A stretch of 59,512 nucleotides of DNA, filler included, from 3 parts of 3 records of this genome joined end to end with filler, not necessarily neighbours in it; one strand, 5' to 3'. Shown: positions 8,992 through 19,497, counted from the whole stretch's first letter. Notes: generated by a model from the sequence alone, not told the origin. Translations and numbers: made by a program.

Positions 8992-11179
8992 AAGGCCGTT
9001 GCAAGTCTGCCTATTCGCTTCGCTGCTCCTCGCCTTGGGAGCCTGCGGTTACTGGCTTCTTTTTACGCAGTTCATGGCCTACGACGACGAAGGTTATGTG
9101 CTCTGGTCGCTTCACAATTACTTCCAAATCGGAGGACTCTACACCGAGGTTTACAGTCAATACGGACCATTTCTGTATGCGTTGTATGACTGTATCCATT
9201 CGGTCTTCGGCATCGCTTTCGACAATGAAACGGGACGCTACTTCACCCTGGGCTACTGGTTGATCAGCGCCGGATTGGCCGGAGTATTCGTCTGGAGACA
9301 AACTCGCCACAGTCTGACATCACTCACCGCGACGGCCTTCAGTTTTGGAGCGCTGCTGGTGATGATCAACGAACCCATCCATCCGGGGGGCCTCCTGGCG
9401 ATGCTCACCGCCGTGGCGGGGGTCGGCGGAGCCGTGGCCTTGGAAAAGAATCGCTACCGCACCTTCGCCATCATCTGTGGCGTGTGCGGAGCCGCGATGG
9501 TCCTCACGAAAATAAACGTCGGCGCCTTCTTCCTGATCGCCGCCGCCAGTTGGGGTGCGATCCATTGGGTGAACACCGCGAAAGCCCGCGCCTTATTGTG
9601 GTTCACGGCGGGAGGCAGTATTCTGCTGCCTTTCTGGCTGATGAATAAACTGTGGCCGGAACCTTGGGTCGCCCTATTCGCTCTGAGTTTCACCTGTGCG
9701 GCCCTGGCGCTTCTCCTCCTTGTTAAAGAACAGCACCGTCAGAACATCCGGCGATCTGATGTCCTCATCTTTATCAGCAGCACGGTAGGTTTAGCCGTGA
9801 TCATCCTCGGATCCATCTGGATGCGCGGCACCGATCTGGCCGCCCTTTGGCACGGCATTGTCGTGTCTCCCCTCAATCAACCCGTGGCTTATGCACATGC
9901 GGTGGTGTGGCCCGGGGTCATGCCGATCGTGATTGCGATCATGTTCGTGATTGCCCTGATGACGCATTCCCGAAAATACGTCTGGATTAACCCTACCATT
10001 GCGATCATCCGCATCGTGGTGGGGGTTTGTCTCCTGATTCTGACGTTCAGCAGTATCGACAACAGCCTGACCTTTTTCAGTTTCAAATTCGGATTACCCT
10101 TCGCCTGGCTCATGGCCGTCCCACTTGGGAATCGCACGAGGTATCCTCTGACGACAGCGCGCCTCTGGCTGGCCTGGGTCTTGGTTTGGCAAACCCTCCA
10201 TGCCTATCCGGTCGCGGGCAGCCAGATGGGTTGGGGTGCCTTTCTGTGGATACCGCTGGCGATGACGGGAATCCATGAAGCGATCCTCTACAGTCGTGAC
10301 CACTTTGCTAAATACGCACGGGCCATCAAGACGGTCAGCGTGCTCGCCGCCCTGGTGTCCATCGCCTCGATTCTCTCCGATTTGGGCTATCCCAGTTATC
10401 AACGATTCCAGATCGGCGAACCTCTGAATCTCCATGGAGCCCGGTCGATGCGCCTCACCGATGATACGACCTCGGTCTATCGGATTCTGAACAAGAACAT
10501 TCGGATGCATGGCGACATGCTTTTCAGTTATCCGGGTCTCTATAGTCTGAACATCTGGACCGAACGCCCCACTCCCACGGCGCATAACGTCACCCATTGG
10601 TTTTCACTCCTGAGCGATTCTCAGCAACACGCCATTTTGGAAAACCTCAGGGCTGAGGATCGCTCGGTGATCGTGGTGCAAAGTTATCTGATCAACTATC
10701 TGGTTCACTATGGCTTCGCTCCCCGCAGTGAACTGCAGCGCTATATCGTCGAGAACTATCACGCGGTGTTCAGTATCGATACGTTTCAATTTTGGGCCAA
10801 AAAAGGGCGGGCCATCGCACCGATCTCCACCGCCGGGCTATTCACCAACGAACAAGATGGTGATTCGATCCTTCAGCTCGTCACCGACGCGCAGGGCATG
10901 GTCGCCACCCTCGAATTGCGGGGCCTCTTCCACCCGTTTAATCGCGTGGGATCCGCCAGCCCCACGCCGGAATTCCCTTGGACAATCACGCCGATCAATC
11001 CGGACAACTCGCCACGGGGTGAGACTGTGACTATCTCAAAGGCAACGTCACTGCAGGGACTCACCTTGATCAAGATTCCGCTCGCTCAGACACAGGATCT
11101 CCCTCCACTGGACATCCTGAAAATCGAATTGAAGGATGAACAGGGTGAGACGCTTGATTCACTCCAGTTCGCGAACTGA
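8984..11179 (+). CDS. Large polytopic membrane protein, GT-C-like
   Basis: YDDEGY acidic motif after TM1, YGP, KIN motif, many TM segments and a C-terminal soluble domain. TTG start overlapping the upstream stop is inferred. Confidence 0.65.
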   Translation: MNKRPLQVCLFASLLLALGACGYWLLFTQFMAYDDEGYVLWSLHNYFQIGGLYTEVYSQYGPFLYALYDCIHSVFGIAFDNETGRYFTLGYWLISAGLAGVFVWRQTRHSLTSLTATAFSFGALLVMINEPIHPGGLLAMLTAVAGVGGAVALEKNRYRTFAIICGVCGAAMVLTKINVGAFFLIAAASWGAIHWVNTAKARALLWFTAGGSILLPFWLMNKLWPEPWVALFALSFTCAALALLLLVKEQHRQNIRRSDVLIFISSTVGLAVIILGSIWMRGTDLAALWHGIVVSPLNQPVAYAHAVVWPGVMPIVIAIMFVIALMTHSRKYVWINPTIAIIRIVVGVCLLILTFSSIDNSLTFFSFKFGLPFAWLMAVPLGNRTRYPLTTARLWLAWVLVWQTLHAYPVAGSQMGWGAFLWIPLAMTGIHEAILYSRDHFAKYARAIKTVSVLAALVSIASILSDLGYPSYQRFQIGEPLNLHGARSMRLTDDTTSVYRILNKNIRMHGDMLFSYPGLYSLNIWTERPTPTAHNVTHWFSLLSDSQQHAILENLRAEDRSVIVVQSYLINYLVHYGFAPRSELQRYIVENYHAVFSIDTFQFWAKKGRAIAPISTAGLFTNEQDGDSILQLVTDAQGMVATLELRGLFHPFNRVGSASPTPEFPWTITPINPDNSPRGETVTISKATSLQGLTLIKIPLAQTQDLPPLDILKIELKDEQGETLDSLQFAN

Positions 11180-11190
11180 ATCGCTAGATC

Positions 11191-11928
11191 CTAGCCGCGT
11201 TTCCGCGCCACCAGAATCAGGCTCAACCCAATCGGAAAGGGGATTCTCCAGAAGGCCATTCCCACGAAGATCCGCCGCAAGAGCCCATTCAGCCAGGCGG
11301 CCGGAATCCGATCCTCCATCCGGTTCTCAGTATCACCCGCCGGCTTTTGTTTACGCAGTTTTCTCAGCAACCAGGCAATCGGATAGGCCGGAATATTGGT
11401 ATAATTGACGTAGAGAATCTCCCACTGCGATTCGGGGAAAATTTCCTTCAATCCCTTACGCGAGTAACGACGATAATGATGCAGGGAAACATCCCAGTCG
11501 CTCCACAGCGCCATACTGGCCGGAACCGTGACCAGCGCAATTCCATCGGGTTTGAGGGCACGATGAAAACCTTCCACCGCCGGACCATCGTGTTCGACAT
11601 GCTCAAGCACATCCAAAGCGGTGATCGCCTCCACCGATTCATCCGGTAGTGGAATTCCGTCTTCACCTAAGGCGAGCACCTGTTCAGGAGTGAACTGCTC
11701 GCGGAGCAACTCCAGTGATTCTTCGTGATCGTCGAGAACCAACACTTTGCAATGTGCCTCCATCTCAGCCGCAAATCGCCCCGTGCCGGCACCGCAATCG
11801 AGCAAGGTATTCTCCGCTTTGAGCACCCCCACCTTTTGCAACCACCGTCGCACCAGCTCGCGTTTACCCGCGTAATACCAGTGCGTTCCTTCGACTCGTT
11901 TTAGATTCGTGTATTCGGCGGCATCCAT
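11191..11928 (-). CDS. Class I SAM-dependent methyltransferase
   Basis: LDCGAGTG, LDVLEHVE and VPA...WSDWD...HYRRY motifs. Confidence 0.9.
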   Translation of the reverse strand: MDAAEYTNLKRVEGTHWYYAGKRELVRRWLQKVGVLKAENTLLDCGAGTGRFAAEMEAHCKVLVLDDHEESLELLREQFTPEQVLALGEDGIPLPDESVEAITALDVLEHVEHDGPAVEGFHRALKPDGIALVTVPASMALWSDWDVSLHHYRRYSRKGLKEIFPESQWEILYVNYTNIPAYPIAWLLRKLRKQKPAGDTENRMEDRIPAAWLNGLLRRIFVGMAFWRIPFPIGLSLILVARKRG

Positions 11929-11979
11929 ACGACTGCGTGTTGACGAAAGTTGCGCTGCCCCGAAGCTGTGTCCACGCCA

Positions 11980-13926
11980 ATGTTAACTCTGCCCCGCATC
12001 GTTACACTCGTTTTACTGCTCCTCTTTGGCTGGATGGCGCTGGGAGACTCATCGCGAGTGGGCGTCACGGCCGATGAAACCGCGCATCTCACGGCGGGTT
12101 ATTCGTATTGGTCGACCGGTGATTATCGCCTCCAACCGGAAAACGGAAATTTCCCCCAACGCTGGGCCGCCCTGCCCCTGGTGCTCAGTAAAACACCTTT
12201 TCCCAAAACCGAATCGGCGTCCGGCGAACCCTACGATGTCTGGTTCCTCGGCCGGGAATTCTTTTTCGGAATCGGCAATCACACCGACGCGCTGCTCTTC
12301 AAAGGACGCGCCATGATCGTCCTGTTCGGGATCGCCCTCGTTGCCTTGGCTGCCACTTGGTCGCGCCAACTATTCGGACTGCTCGGCGGTTCGATCACCT
12401 TGGTGCTGCTGGTTTTTTGCCCTCACCTCCTCGCCCACTCCGCGCTGATCACGTCAGATATCGCCGCAGCCTTGGGATTCCTACTCGCCGTCGGCGCCTG
12501 GTGGAAACTCTGTCACCGGATCACCCCGGTTAGAATCATCGCCTTGGGGGCTGCGGCAGGGTTTCTCGCGCTGGCCAAATATTCCGCCGCCCTCTTCGCG
12601 CCCATCGCCGTGCTGATTTTACTCACACGCGCGCTCAAACGCACTCCCCTCATCTGGAAAATCGGGAAATACCGTGGTCGGGTAACCGGACTGGGAATCC
12701 CCATTGCCTTGGGAGGATCAAGCATCATCTCAGTGGTGATCGCGGTGGTAATCATCTGGAGCGCTTATGGATTTCGCTACAACACGAGCGATCAAGCTGA
12801 ACCGCATTTCGCCAAACCGTGGTCGGAAGTGTTGATCGAGAAACCGAAGATTGCCGGCTCTCTGATGGCCGACGGAAAACCACGGGCGGACCCCGTTCAC
12901 CTCGAGCCCGGTGTCGTGCAATCTTTCGTCAAATTGGCTCGGGATTACCAACTGCTGCCCGAGGCTTATCTCTATGGGCTCGCGTTCACCGATCTGCATT
13001 CAAGAGGTCGTCTCGCTTATTTCGCGGGTGAATACCGCGAGACCGGCTGGTGGGATTTTTTTCCGGTCGCCTTCTCCCTTAAGACGACCATACCGGCTCT
13101 GCTCCTGATGGGCTTCGCTCTGATTGGTCTGGTCCGCACCGATTCCAAGATCAGGGCCCGGCTTCTCTATCGGCAGGCCCCTCTGCTGATCTTCATTGGG
13201 TGCTATGGGCTCTTCGCCATCACGAGTCACCTGAATATCGGACACCGCCACCTTCTCCCGATCTATCCGGCGCTGTTTATCTGTGTGGGGATGATGGGCC
13301 GTTTCAGCTACCGGCCACTCGGGATCATCTTCATCGCTATTTTGCTACTCTGGCACACGGGCGAATCCGTGCGGGCCCGCCCACATTATCTGACCTATTT
13401 TAATCAGTTCGCCGGCGGAGCTTCGGGCGGACATCGCTACTTCGTCGATAGCTCACTCGACTGGGGACAGGGTCTTCCCGAGTTACATGCCTGGTTGCAG
13501 CAGAATCATCACGGCGAACCGCTCTACCTCTCGTCCTTCGGTTCCGACGATCCGCAACGTTTTCCACTCAATGCGACCCGCATCGGTGATCTCTATTTCG
13601 ATTTTTCCAATCGCCAAATTTTACCAGAGCTCAAGGCGGGTATCTACTGTTTCAGCGCGACGATGCTGCATCGTGTTTACACCCAAGTCCGCGGACCTTG
13701 GTCGGCGGAATATGAAAATGCCTATCATCAGTTCGCCAAGATCATCGCCACGACCTCGGCCTCACCGGAACAGCTGCAGACCTTCGCCCAACTCCGCTTC
13801 GGTCGCCTCTGCCATTATTTGGAACGTCGCGCACCGGATGAATGGGTCGAGCCCACCTTCTTCATTTATCGTTTGAGTGACGCGGAACTCGAACAAGCGC
13901 TCTATGCGCCTTGGGAGTCACTTTGA
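11980..13926 (+). CDS. GT39/ArnT/PMT-like (GT-C) lipid-carrier glycosyltransferase
   Basis: TADE motif after TM1, LAHSALITSD, KYS, GHRHLLP and DSSLDWGQ. Confidence 0.8.
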   Translation: MLTLPRIVTLVLLLLFGWMALGDSSRVGVTADETAHLTAGYSYWSTGDYRLQPENGNFPQRWAALPLVLSKTPFPKTESASGEPYDVWFLGREFFFGIGNHTDALLFKGRAMIVLFGIALVALAATWSRQLFGLLGGSITLVLLVFCPHLLAHSALITSDIAAALGFLLAVGAWWKLCHRITPVRIIALGAAAGFLALAKYSAALFAPIAVLILLTRALKRTPLIWKIGKYRGRVTGLGIPIALGGSSIISVVIAVVIIWSAYGFRYNTSDQAEPHFAKPWSEVLIEKPKIAGSLMADGKPRADPVHLEPGVVQSFVKLARDYQLLPEAYLYGLAFTDLHSRGRLAYFAGEYRETGWWDFFPVAFSLKTTIPALLLMGFALIGLVRTDSKIRARLLYRQAPLLIFIGCYGLFAITSHLNIGHRHLLPIYPALFICVGMMGRFSYRPLGIIFIAILLLWHTGESVRARPHYLTYFNQFAGGASGGHRYFVDSSLDWGQGLPELHAWLQQNHHGEPLYLSSFGSDDPQRFPLNATRIGDLYFDFSNRQILPELKAGIYCFSATMLHRVYTQVRGPWSAEYENAYHQFAKIIATTSASPEQLQTFAQLRFGRLCHYLERRAPDEWVEPTFFIYRLSDAELEQALYAPWESL

Positions 13927-15152
13927 AATTTCTCCCACCGACGAGTGCCCCAGCCGAGTAGTGCCAGCCCCAAACTCGCGCTCACGACAAATGCCAGTGC
14001 ATGCTCCATCCCCAAGGCAATCCATGCCAGGGGCGGTCCGGTAAAGAGGCTTTCATCCGCACTCAGCACCAGCAGATGCTCCTTCGTCCAAAGGCTCCAC
14101 ATCAACAAACCGATGCCGATACTTTGAAGACGAAGCGCGTGTCCCATCCGACCCGTATCGCCCCTCTGAAAACATAACGCGGCCGGCAGCAACAAAAGGA
14201 TCAATCGATACGGAAAGCTAATCGTTGTGGCGTAGCATACTCCCCATGCCAGAGCTCCCGAAACATAACAGGCCGAGATGAATCCTGTCGTCGGAACCAT
14301 GGACCAAAATTCCTGACGCCAACGCCACAGCAGATATCCCACTCCTAGAATAATTGGCAACGCCCCCGCACACAACCAGACCCGATGCTCCGGCAAAGTC
14401 AGAAAAACGTAATAGCTCAGTTTTAAACCGTAACCGAATATCGTCATCGGCTCCGGAGCCATCGCCATCACTTGCCGATACACACCCCAGGAACTCGCCA
14501 GCGCCGTGATCACCAACACGGTCGTCACAAGGAGGATCCCACCGGTCCGCTTATTGCCTTGGGCATTGGTTAACAACAAAGGCAAGGTGGCGATTGGGTA
14601 GAGTTTCAATGCCGACGCCAACACGATGAGCAAACCTGCGACGAACTGCCGTAGCCACGAATTGGCCGCAATCCCGCAACTCGCGAGAACCAGAATCGCA
14701 AAGATCACCAAATCGTTATTGCCTCGCTCCATCGCCAGCAAGACGGGTGGCGAAGCGAGCAGGAGGATCGCTCCCAGACAACTCTTCATCGTCATTGGGC
14801 GAAGGATCCAAACGGCCGCTATCACAAAGATCACCGCGAGCAAGGGTCCCAGCCATCTCGCATCACTGCGCACCAATCCAAGATCACCGGTTAGCAACCA
14901 CCACGGACCGTAAACATGCGGACGGTTAAACGGGTCCAGCGGATTATGCGCATAGGCATCACGACCCAATTGCTGGGCTTCGCCGGCAGCCAAAATCGCG
15001 ATTAGATCGGAGAAGATCGGCGAGATCGCATTCACCCCCAACGCCGTAAAGACCGGAGGAAAAGCAATCCCGCCGACCAAAACGAGGATCACCGTGCTGA
15101 TCGTCAGGCAGATCCAGCGCCACCGATTCCAACCGATCGAAGGGTCACTCAT
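13902..15152 (-). CDS. GT87/DUF2029-like (GT-C) membrane glycosyltransferase
   Basis: D after TM1, YGP, ERGNND and LKLYP motifs. Start at MSDPSIG overlaps the upstream stop. Confidence 0.7.
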   Translation of the reverse strand: MSDPSIGWNRWRWICLTISTVILVLVGGIAFPPVFTALGVNAISPIFSDLIAILAAGEAQQLGRDAYAHNPLDPFNRPHVYGPWWLLTGDLGLVRSDARWLGPLLAVIFVIAAVWILRPMTMKSCLGAILLLASPPVLLAMERGNNDLVIFAILVLASCGIAANSWLRQFVAGLLIVLASALKLYPIATLPLLLTNAQGNKRTGGILLVTTVLVITALASSWGVYRQVMAMAPEPMTIFGYGLKLSYYVFLTLPEHRVWLCAGALPIILGVGYLLWRWRQEFWSMVPTTGFISACYVSGALAWGVCYATTISFPYRLILLLLPAALCFQRGDTGRMGHALRLQSIGIGLLMWSLWTKEHLLVLSADESLFTGPPLAWIALGMEHALAFVVSASLGLALLGWGTRRWEKFQSDSQGA

Positions 15153-16986
15153 CGGAGTCCTCCCCCTCAACTCTCCCGGGTGTCGTTTCGATTTCTTTCT
15201 CTGGATCAATGCGCACTAATCGACTGATCCGGGCGGCGTGCGTGCCCACCCGACGTTCAATCATCGGCTCCAGGATAAAGTTATCCGGCAATCGATCCAA
15301 TGGTTCCAATTGAAAGCCCCCCTGAGGACCGACCGGCCGGTAGGTTTGCATCACCAACACCTCCTGAAAAGTATGATGATCGAGGTGAAACTGGATCTGC
15401 TCACCCCGCACCCTCGCGCGCACGATCTGCAAGGCGGAGATGCGATTGGTCAGCCAGATCAAGGCGGACTTATTTGTCAAAATCAGACGGGAAGCCGGCG
15501 GCAGTGCCTTAACCTGATCGACTTCCCACGCAATTTCCCGCGCCTGTTGATTCAGGGTCCAATGTGTCGCGTTGCCGACCAAGCCGGAAACCAGATAAGA
15601 GAATAACGCTCCGCTCAAAGCCACCAGAGCGGCCGGACGTTGCCAACGCTGACGGAACTGCATCACCGCCCAAGCGAGACAAATCACCAACAATGCTGAG
15701 AAGGGCAGGCTCAGCCTCGACACAATCGCATCATCCAACTGCCCCCAGTAATAAAACATCAACAGGCCCAGATTCGCCGTGATGGCGCCTCCAAAGATGA
15801 TGAGCAGCACATTCGCGGGCGCCGCATGCTTCCATCGCGGAATCGCTCGGGCGGCGGCCCAACCCGCCCAAATCAATACGGGGATCCCGGCTACTCCCAG
15901 CCACCACGAATTGGTTAATCGTCCCGAAAAATTGAAGAAAAACAGCAGCGCATGATAGAGATTGTCCGCCAGATATTGCGCTCCGAACCGAGCCGAATCT
16001 CCGTCCCGCAGCTCCCATAAAAGAGGGGTGCCGGAGAGATAGGTATTGTGCAACGCATAGGGGATCAGAAGCGCCGGAGCGAGGATCGCGGCCGGCGGCA
16101 GAATCAACTTACCCGCCCGGCGCCACCCTTCCAAAATAACAAGTGCTGCCGGGGCTACATATAAGCCCGATTCGTAACGTGACTGCGCGAGCAGCACGGT
16201 GCAAAGCACGAGGGCACTTAATCGCTTACCATTGGGATTTTCCAGATAGCCCAATCCCAAATGCATCACCAGCAGCAGCATCACCAAATTGATCATCTCC
16301 ATGCCGGATCCCGTAGCGTTTTGGGCCAGCAACGAGAACCCGCCCAGCGCCACGACCGCCGCCATCGCACCGAGATGTGAGCTGACCTTTCGGGCCATCA
16401 GATAAATCAGTCCGAGGCAGACCGGCATCAGCATGGTGTTCAGCGCAAAAGCATTGGCTTCACGATAGCCGGTCAGGTCATGCAGCAGTGAGACGAGAAA
16501 CGCGAAAAAGAACGGACGCTTATCCAGATACGTCTGCAAGGGGGCGAACACCCCACCGATATCATAACCACGCACCAGCACTCCCACTTCCCTCGTTTCA
16601 TGCAGACACCATGCCGTGGCCTGCAGCACAAATTCATCGTAGAGCACTTTGTAGGTATAGGGCACGGTCACGATCGCGATCAGGGTGAGTCCCCCAATCA
16701 CCCCCACTACGGTGCAAACTTCCCTGCGGGAAAGTTTTGGCCAACTGCGCCTCCAGTCGGGCGCCACCCGGGCAACCGCGACCACCGCCCAGATAAAGGT
16801 CAACAAAATCGTATAGTATCCGAATCGCTGCACCAGAGCTCCAGCCTCGCTCGCCCCAAAAGCCAGAAAACCGAACAGAGCTGATCCCACCACGATCAAA
16901 CCAAACAACAACAACCGCAGCGGGAATGACTGTTTCTCAGGTTTACTGACCGACAGACCGGAAGGCTCATTCGGACCGCTCATCAT
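15145..16986 (-). CDS. GT-C-like membrane glycosyltransferase (paralog B)
   Basis: YDE motif, LDKRPFFF...HDLTGYR and QSRYES. Polytopic. Confidence 0.7.
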   Translation of the reverse strand: MMSGPNEPSGLSVSKPEKQSFPLRLLLFGLIVVGSALFGFLAFGASEAGALVQRFGYYTILLTFIWAVVAVARVAPDWRRSWPKLSRREVCTVVGVIGGLTLIAIVTVPYTYKVLYDEFVLQATAWCLHETREVGVLVRGYDIGGVFAPLQTYLDKRPFFFAFLVSLLHDLTGYREANAFALNTMLMPVCLGLIYLMARKVSSHLGAMAAVVALGGFSLLAQNATGSGMEMINLVMLLLVMHLGLGYLENPNGKRLSALVLCTVLLAQSRYESGLYVAPAALVILEGWRRAGKLILPPAAILAPALLIPYALHNTYLSGTPLLWELRDGDSARFGAQYLADNLYHALLFFFNFSGRLTNSWWLGVAGIPVLIWAGWAAARAIPRWKHAAPANVLLIIFGGAITANLGLLMFYYWGQLDDAIVSRLSLPFSALLVICLAWAVMQFRQRWQRPAALVALSGALFSYLVSGLVGNATHWTLNQQAREIAWEVDQVKALPPASRLILTNKSALIWLTNRISALQIVRARVRGEQIQFHLDHHTFQEVLVMQTYRPVGPQGGFQLEPLDRLPDNFILEPMIERRVGTHAARISRLVRIDPEKEIETTPGRVEGEDSDE

Positions 16987-18854
16987 CAGGGCAACTGCTC
17001 AATCCAGTTCTCGAAATAAAGTGTCTTGGTTTTCTCCAGTTGCTGAGAAGTCCGCAACTCGCCCTGTGCCGGAGTGGCGTATTCCGAAGCTTCGATCATC
17101 TGATCTCCATCGTGAATCGCTTTGACCCGACTAATTCGACCAAAAATCAAGGTCGCCACCCGCTTCTCCCAAACAGGTTCGAGCTCAAAACCGGCGTCCA
17201 GTTTATCCGCGGGATCCACAGTCAGTTCCCCGGTTTGGTCATTCACCTTGAAACGCTGAAACACATACATCGCGGAGAAACTGTGATTCTTCAAATGATA
17301 CATCAGGCCTTCCTTCCGAGCCTGAGCCTGTTTGATCGGGGTCGCGGTGACTTGATGCGTAATCCAAAACACCGAGTCCTGATCGATGAACAGATAATCA
17401 CGATCGGGAAACTGCTGGATAAACTCCTGTCGCCAGGCCATCTCACGTCCTGGCAGATAGTCCATTTCGTAGGCCCGCTTCGCCATCACCGGCAAGCTGT
17501 GCAGCAACAAGGCCACCACCGAAATGGCACTCAGTGCCTTCCATTTCAAATGCCAGTTCACCATACGCCCCACGACGACGCAGATCGCCAGCAGCATCAC
17601 AAAATGCAGAGGCAAGCTGAGCCGGTGAATCACCGGATGATCGAACTGCCCCCAGAAATACACCATCAACAAACCGGTGATTCCCAAGAGCCCCACTCCA
17701 ATTGTCACCACAGCGATATCAGTCGGCGCGGGTGATTCGGAGCCCCGCAGCACTCTCGTAAGCCAGATACCAAACAGCGGCAAAGCCACGAGTCCGAGCA
17801 CCGCAAAGTAAATCGAATTGGGCTGAAATCCGGAGGTGTCGAAAAAGAAAGCCAGGGCGTGCCCCAGATTATCCGGCAAAAAGCTTAACCCAAACGGACT
17901 CGTCGCACCACTGCCCTGCCCGGCCAGTTCCCACAAACTTTCATTAGTCTCAAATTGGCGATTCTGCAGCACATACGGCGTGAGAAACAACGGAAGCAGC
18001 CACACTGAATGCGGCAAAAGCACCCGGCCTTTTCGCAGCCAAGCCCAAATCAACAGCCCCGCAACCGGGACAATGAACAACGCCGATTCGTAGCGGGTCT
18101 GCGCGAGCAATGTCGTGCCCAAACAAAGTGCCGCCGTCGAATCCCCATCCGGATTTTCGGCAAAACGGCAGGCGAGCCAGAGGATGATCGCAATCATCAC
18201 CAGATTCAGAAGTTCAAACCCACCACCCGCGACCTGCTGCGCCATGAGGGGCAAGCCTGCAAAAAGCAGGACTCCGAATACTCCCGCCCAATGATTGTCC
18301 CCGATTCGTCGGGCCGAACTGTAAACCAAGGCGAGGAAGATCACGCCCAACGCCATATTGACGTAGAATGAATTCGTAGCCCGGTATCCCGTCAGATCGT
18401 GCACCAATGAAACGACGAAAGGGAAAAACAAAGGGCGTTTATCCAGCACCCCCTGCAGCACCTGAAAAGGGCCCTGCACATCGGTCGCGCGTATCGGATA
18501 GGTCGCTTCGCGTTCCAAATGCATATCCATCGAAGTGCCGAGCAGGAGCACCTCATCCGCCAAAATCTTGAAACCCCGCGACTCATGCGCCTGCCACATC
18601 ACGGTGACCGCGAGAATCAGCGCCGCGGCCCACCGTTCCTCCCTTCCGAGAACCCAACCCTTGCCAGAGCGGCTGACCAATCGCCACACCGCCGCGACAA
18701 ACAGGATGAAGTTGGCCAAAACAATCCAATAGCCGCCTTTGACCACCAGGTTCACGGCCATCTCCGTGGGCACGACCCAGCGCGCCACCACAAACGCCAA
18801 GCCACCCCACAACAACAGTAACCACAAACGCCGATCTCGAATTAATTGTATCAT
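16986..18854 (-). CDS. GT-C-like membrane glycosyltransferase (paralog A), immediately downstream of the pilin
   Basis: ADE motif, LDKRPLFF...HDLTGYR and QTRYES. Start placed at MIQLIRD because the earlier ATGs lie in or before the terminator. Confidence 0.7.
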   Translation of the reverse strand: MIQLIRDRRLWLLLLWGGLAFVVARWVVPTEMAVNLVVKGGYWIVLANFILFVAAVWRLVSRSGKGWVLGREERWAAALILAVTVMWQAHESRGFKILADEVLLLGTSMDMHLEREATYPIRATDVQGPFQVLQGVLDKRPLFFPFVVSLVHDLTGYRATNSFYVNMALGVIFLALVYSSARRIGDNHWAGVFGVLLFAGLPLMAQQVAGGGFELLNLVMIAIILWLACRFAENPDGDSTAALCLGTTLLAQTRYESALFIVPVAGLLIWAWLRKGRVLLPHSVWLLPLFLTPYVLQNRQFETNESLWELAGQGSGATSPFGLSFLPDNLGHALAFFFDTSGFQPNSIYFAVLGLVALPLFGIWLTRVLRGSESPAPTDIAVVTIGVGLLGITGLLMVYFWGQFDHPVIHRLSLPLHFVMLLAICVVVGRMVNWHLKWKALSAISVVALLLHSLPVMAKRAYEMDYLPGREMAWRQEFIQQFPDRDYLFIDQDSVFWITHQVTATPIKQAQARKEGLMYHLKNHSFSAMYVFQRFKVNDQTGELTVDPADKLDAGFELEPVWEKRVATLIFGRISRVKAIHDGDQMIEASEYATPAQGELRTSQQLEKTKTLYFENWIEQLP

Positions 18855-18860
18855 GGGTAT

Positions 18861-18892
18861 AAAAAAGCCGTCCATTTTCATGGACGGCTTTT
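18861..18892 (-). terminator. Intrinsic terminator after the pilin gene
   Basis: AAAAGCCGTCCAT-TTTC-ATGGACGGCTTTT hairpin with a U6 tract on the minus strand. Confidence 0.85.
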
Positions 18893-18924
18893 GCCAGAGA
18901 TGTAAGCGAAATCAGCTGATCAGC

Positions 18925-19278
18925 TTAGTTGCTGTAAGTGATCGTGCGAGCGCCAGCGACAGCAGAAGCCGTGACAGCAGAACCCTGTTGGAGGTTGCTG
19001 TAGGTTTCCTGGGCAACCGTCTGCACTTGCTTGATGTATTGGCTGCTGTTGGTGCCAACGAGCAGAGCGGAAGTCACCGCGCTAACACCGTTTTCGAGGA
19101 AGTATTGGTCAGCAGCAGAGCTCAACTGGCGAAGGTTATTCGACACAGCCTTGTCTTGCGAGCTGGCACGGACTTTCTGGAACGCAGGAATCGCCATCGC
19201 AGCCAAGAGGCCGATGATAACGACAACGATCATGATTTCGACGAGGGTAAAACCCTTTTTGGAAGTATGCTTCTTCAT
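18925..19278 (-). CDS. Type IVa pilin (prepilin N-methylation domain), probably a major pilin
   Basis: MKKHTSKKG/FTLVEIMIVVVIIGLLAAMAIP class III signal with E5. 108-aa mature chain and its own terminator. Confidence 0.9.
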   Translation of the reverse strand: MKKHTSKKGFTLVEIMIVVVIIGLLAAMAIPAFQKVRASSQDKAVSNNLRQLSSAADQYFLENGVSAVTSALLVGTNSSQYIKQVQTVAQETYSNLQQGSAVTASAVAGARTITYSN

Positions 19279-19497
19279 GGTATGTAGTATGTATATATTA
19301 TGATTAACGTCGCTCAGAAGTGAGCTTCTGCGAATCAACGGCATTAGCCCGGGGACGGCAAGGTCAAAAGATTGTTAATACCGGCCAACCCACGCGCATC
19401 CACTTAGATCCGCTCTCAGTGGATTCTCGTATCAATAAACCGTCATCACTATGATTATAAACAACTTACAGTCTCTAAAACCACTCGACGGTCGCGG

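Noticed and set aside
19340-19470. Possible sigma54 promoter or recombinase site upstream of the pilin
   Set aside because: No correctly spaced GG-N10-GC was found, and the AT-rich partial palindrome is too degenerate to call.
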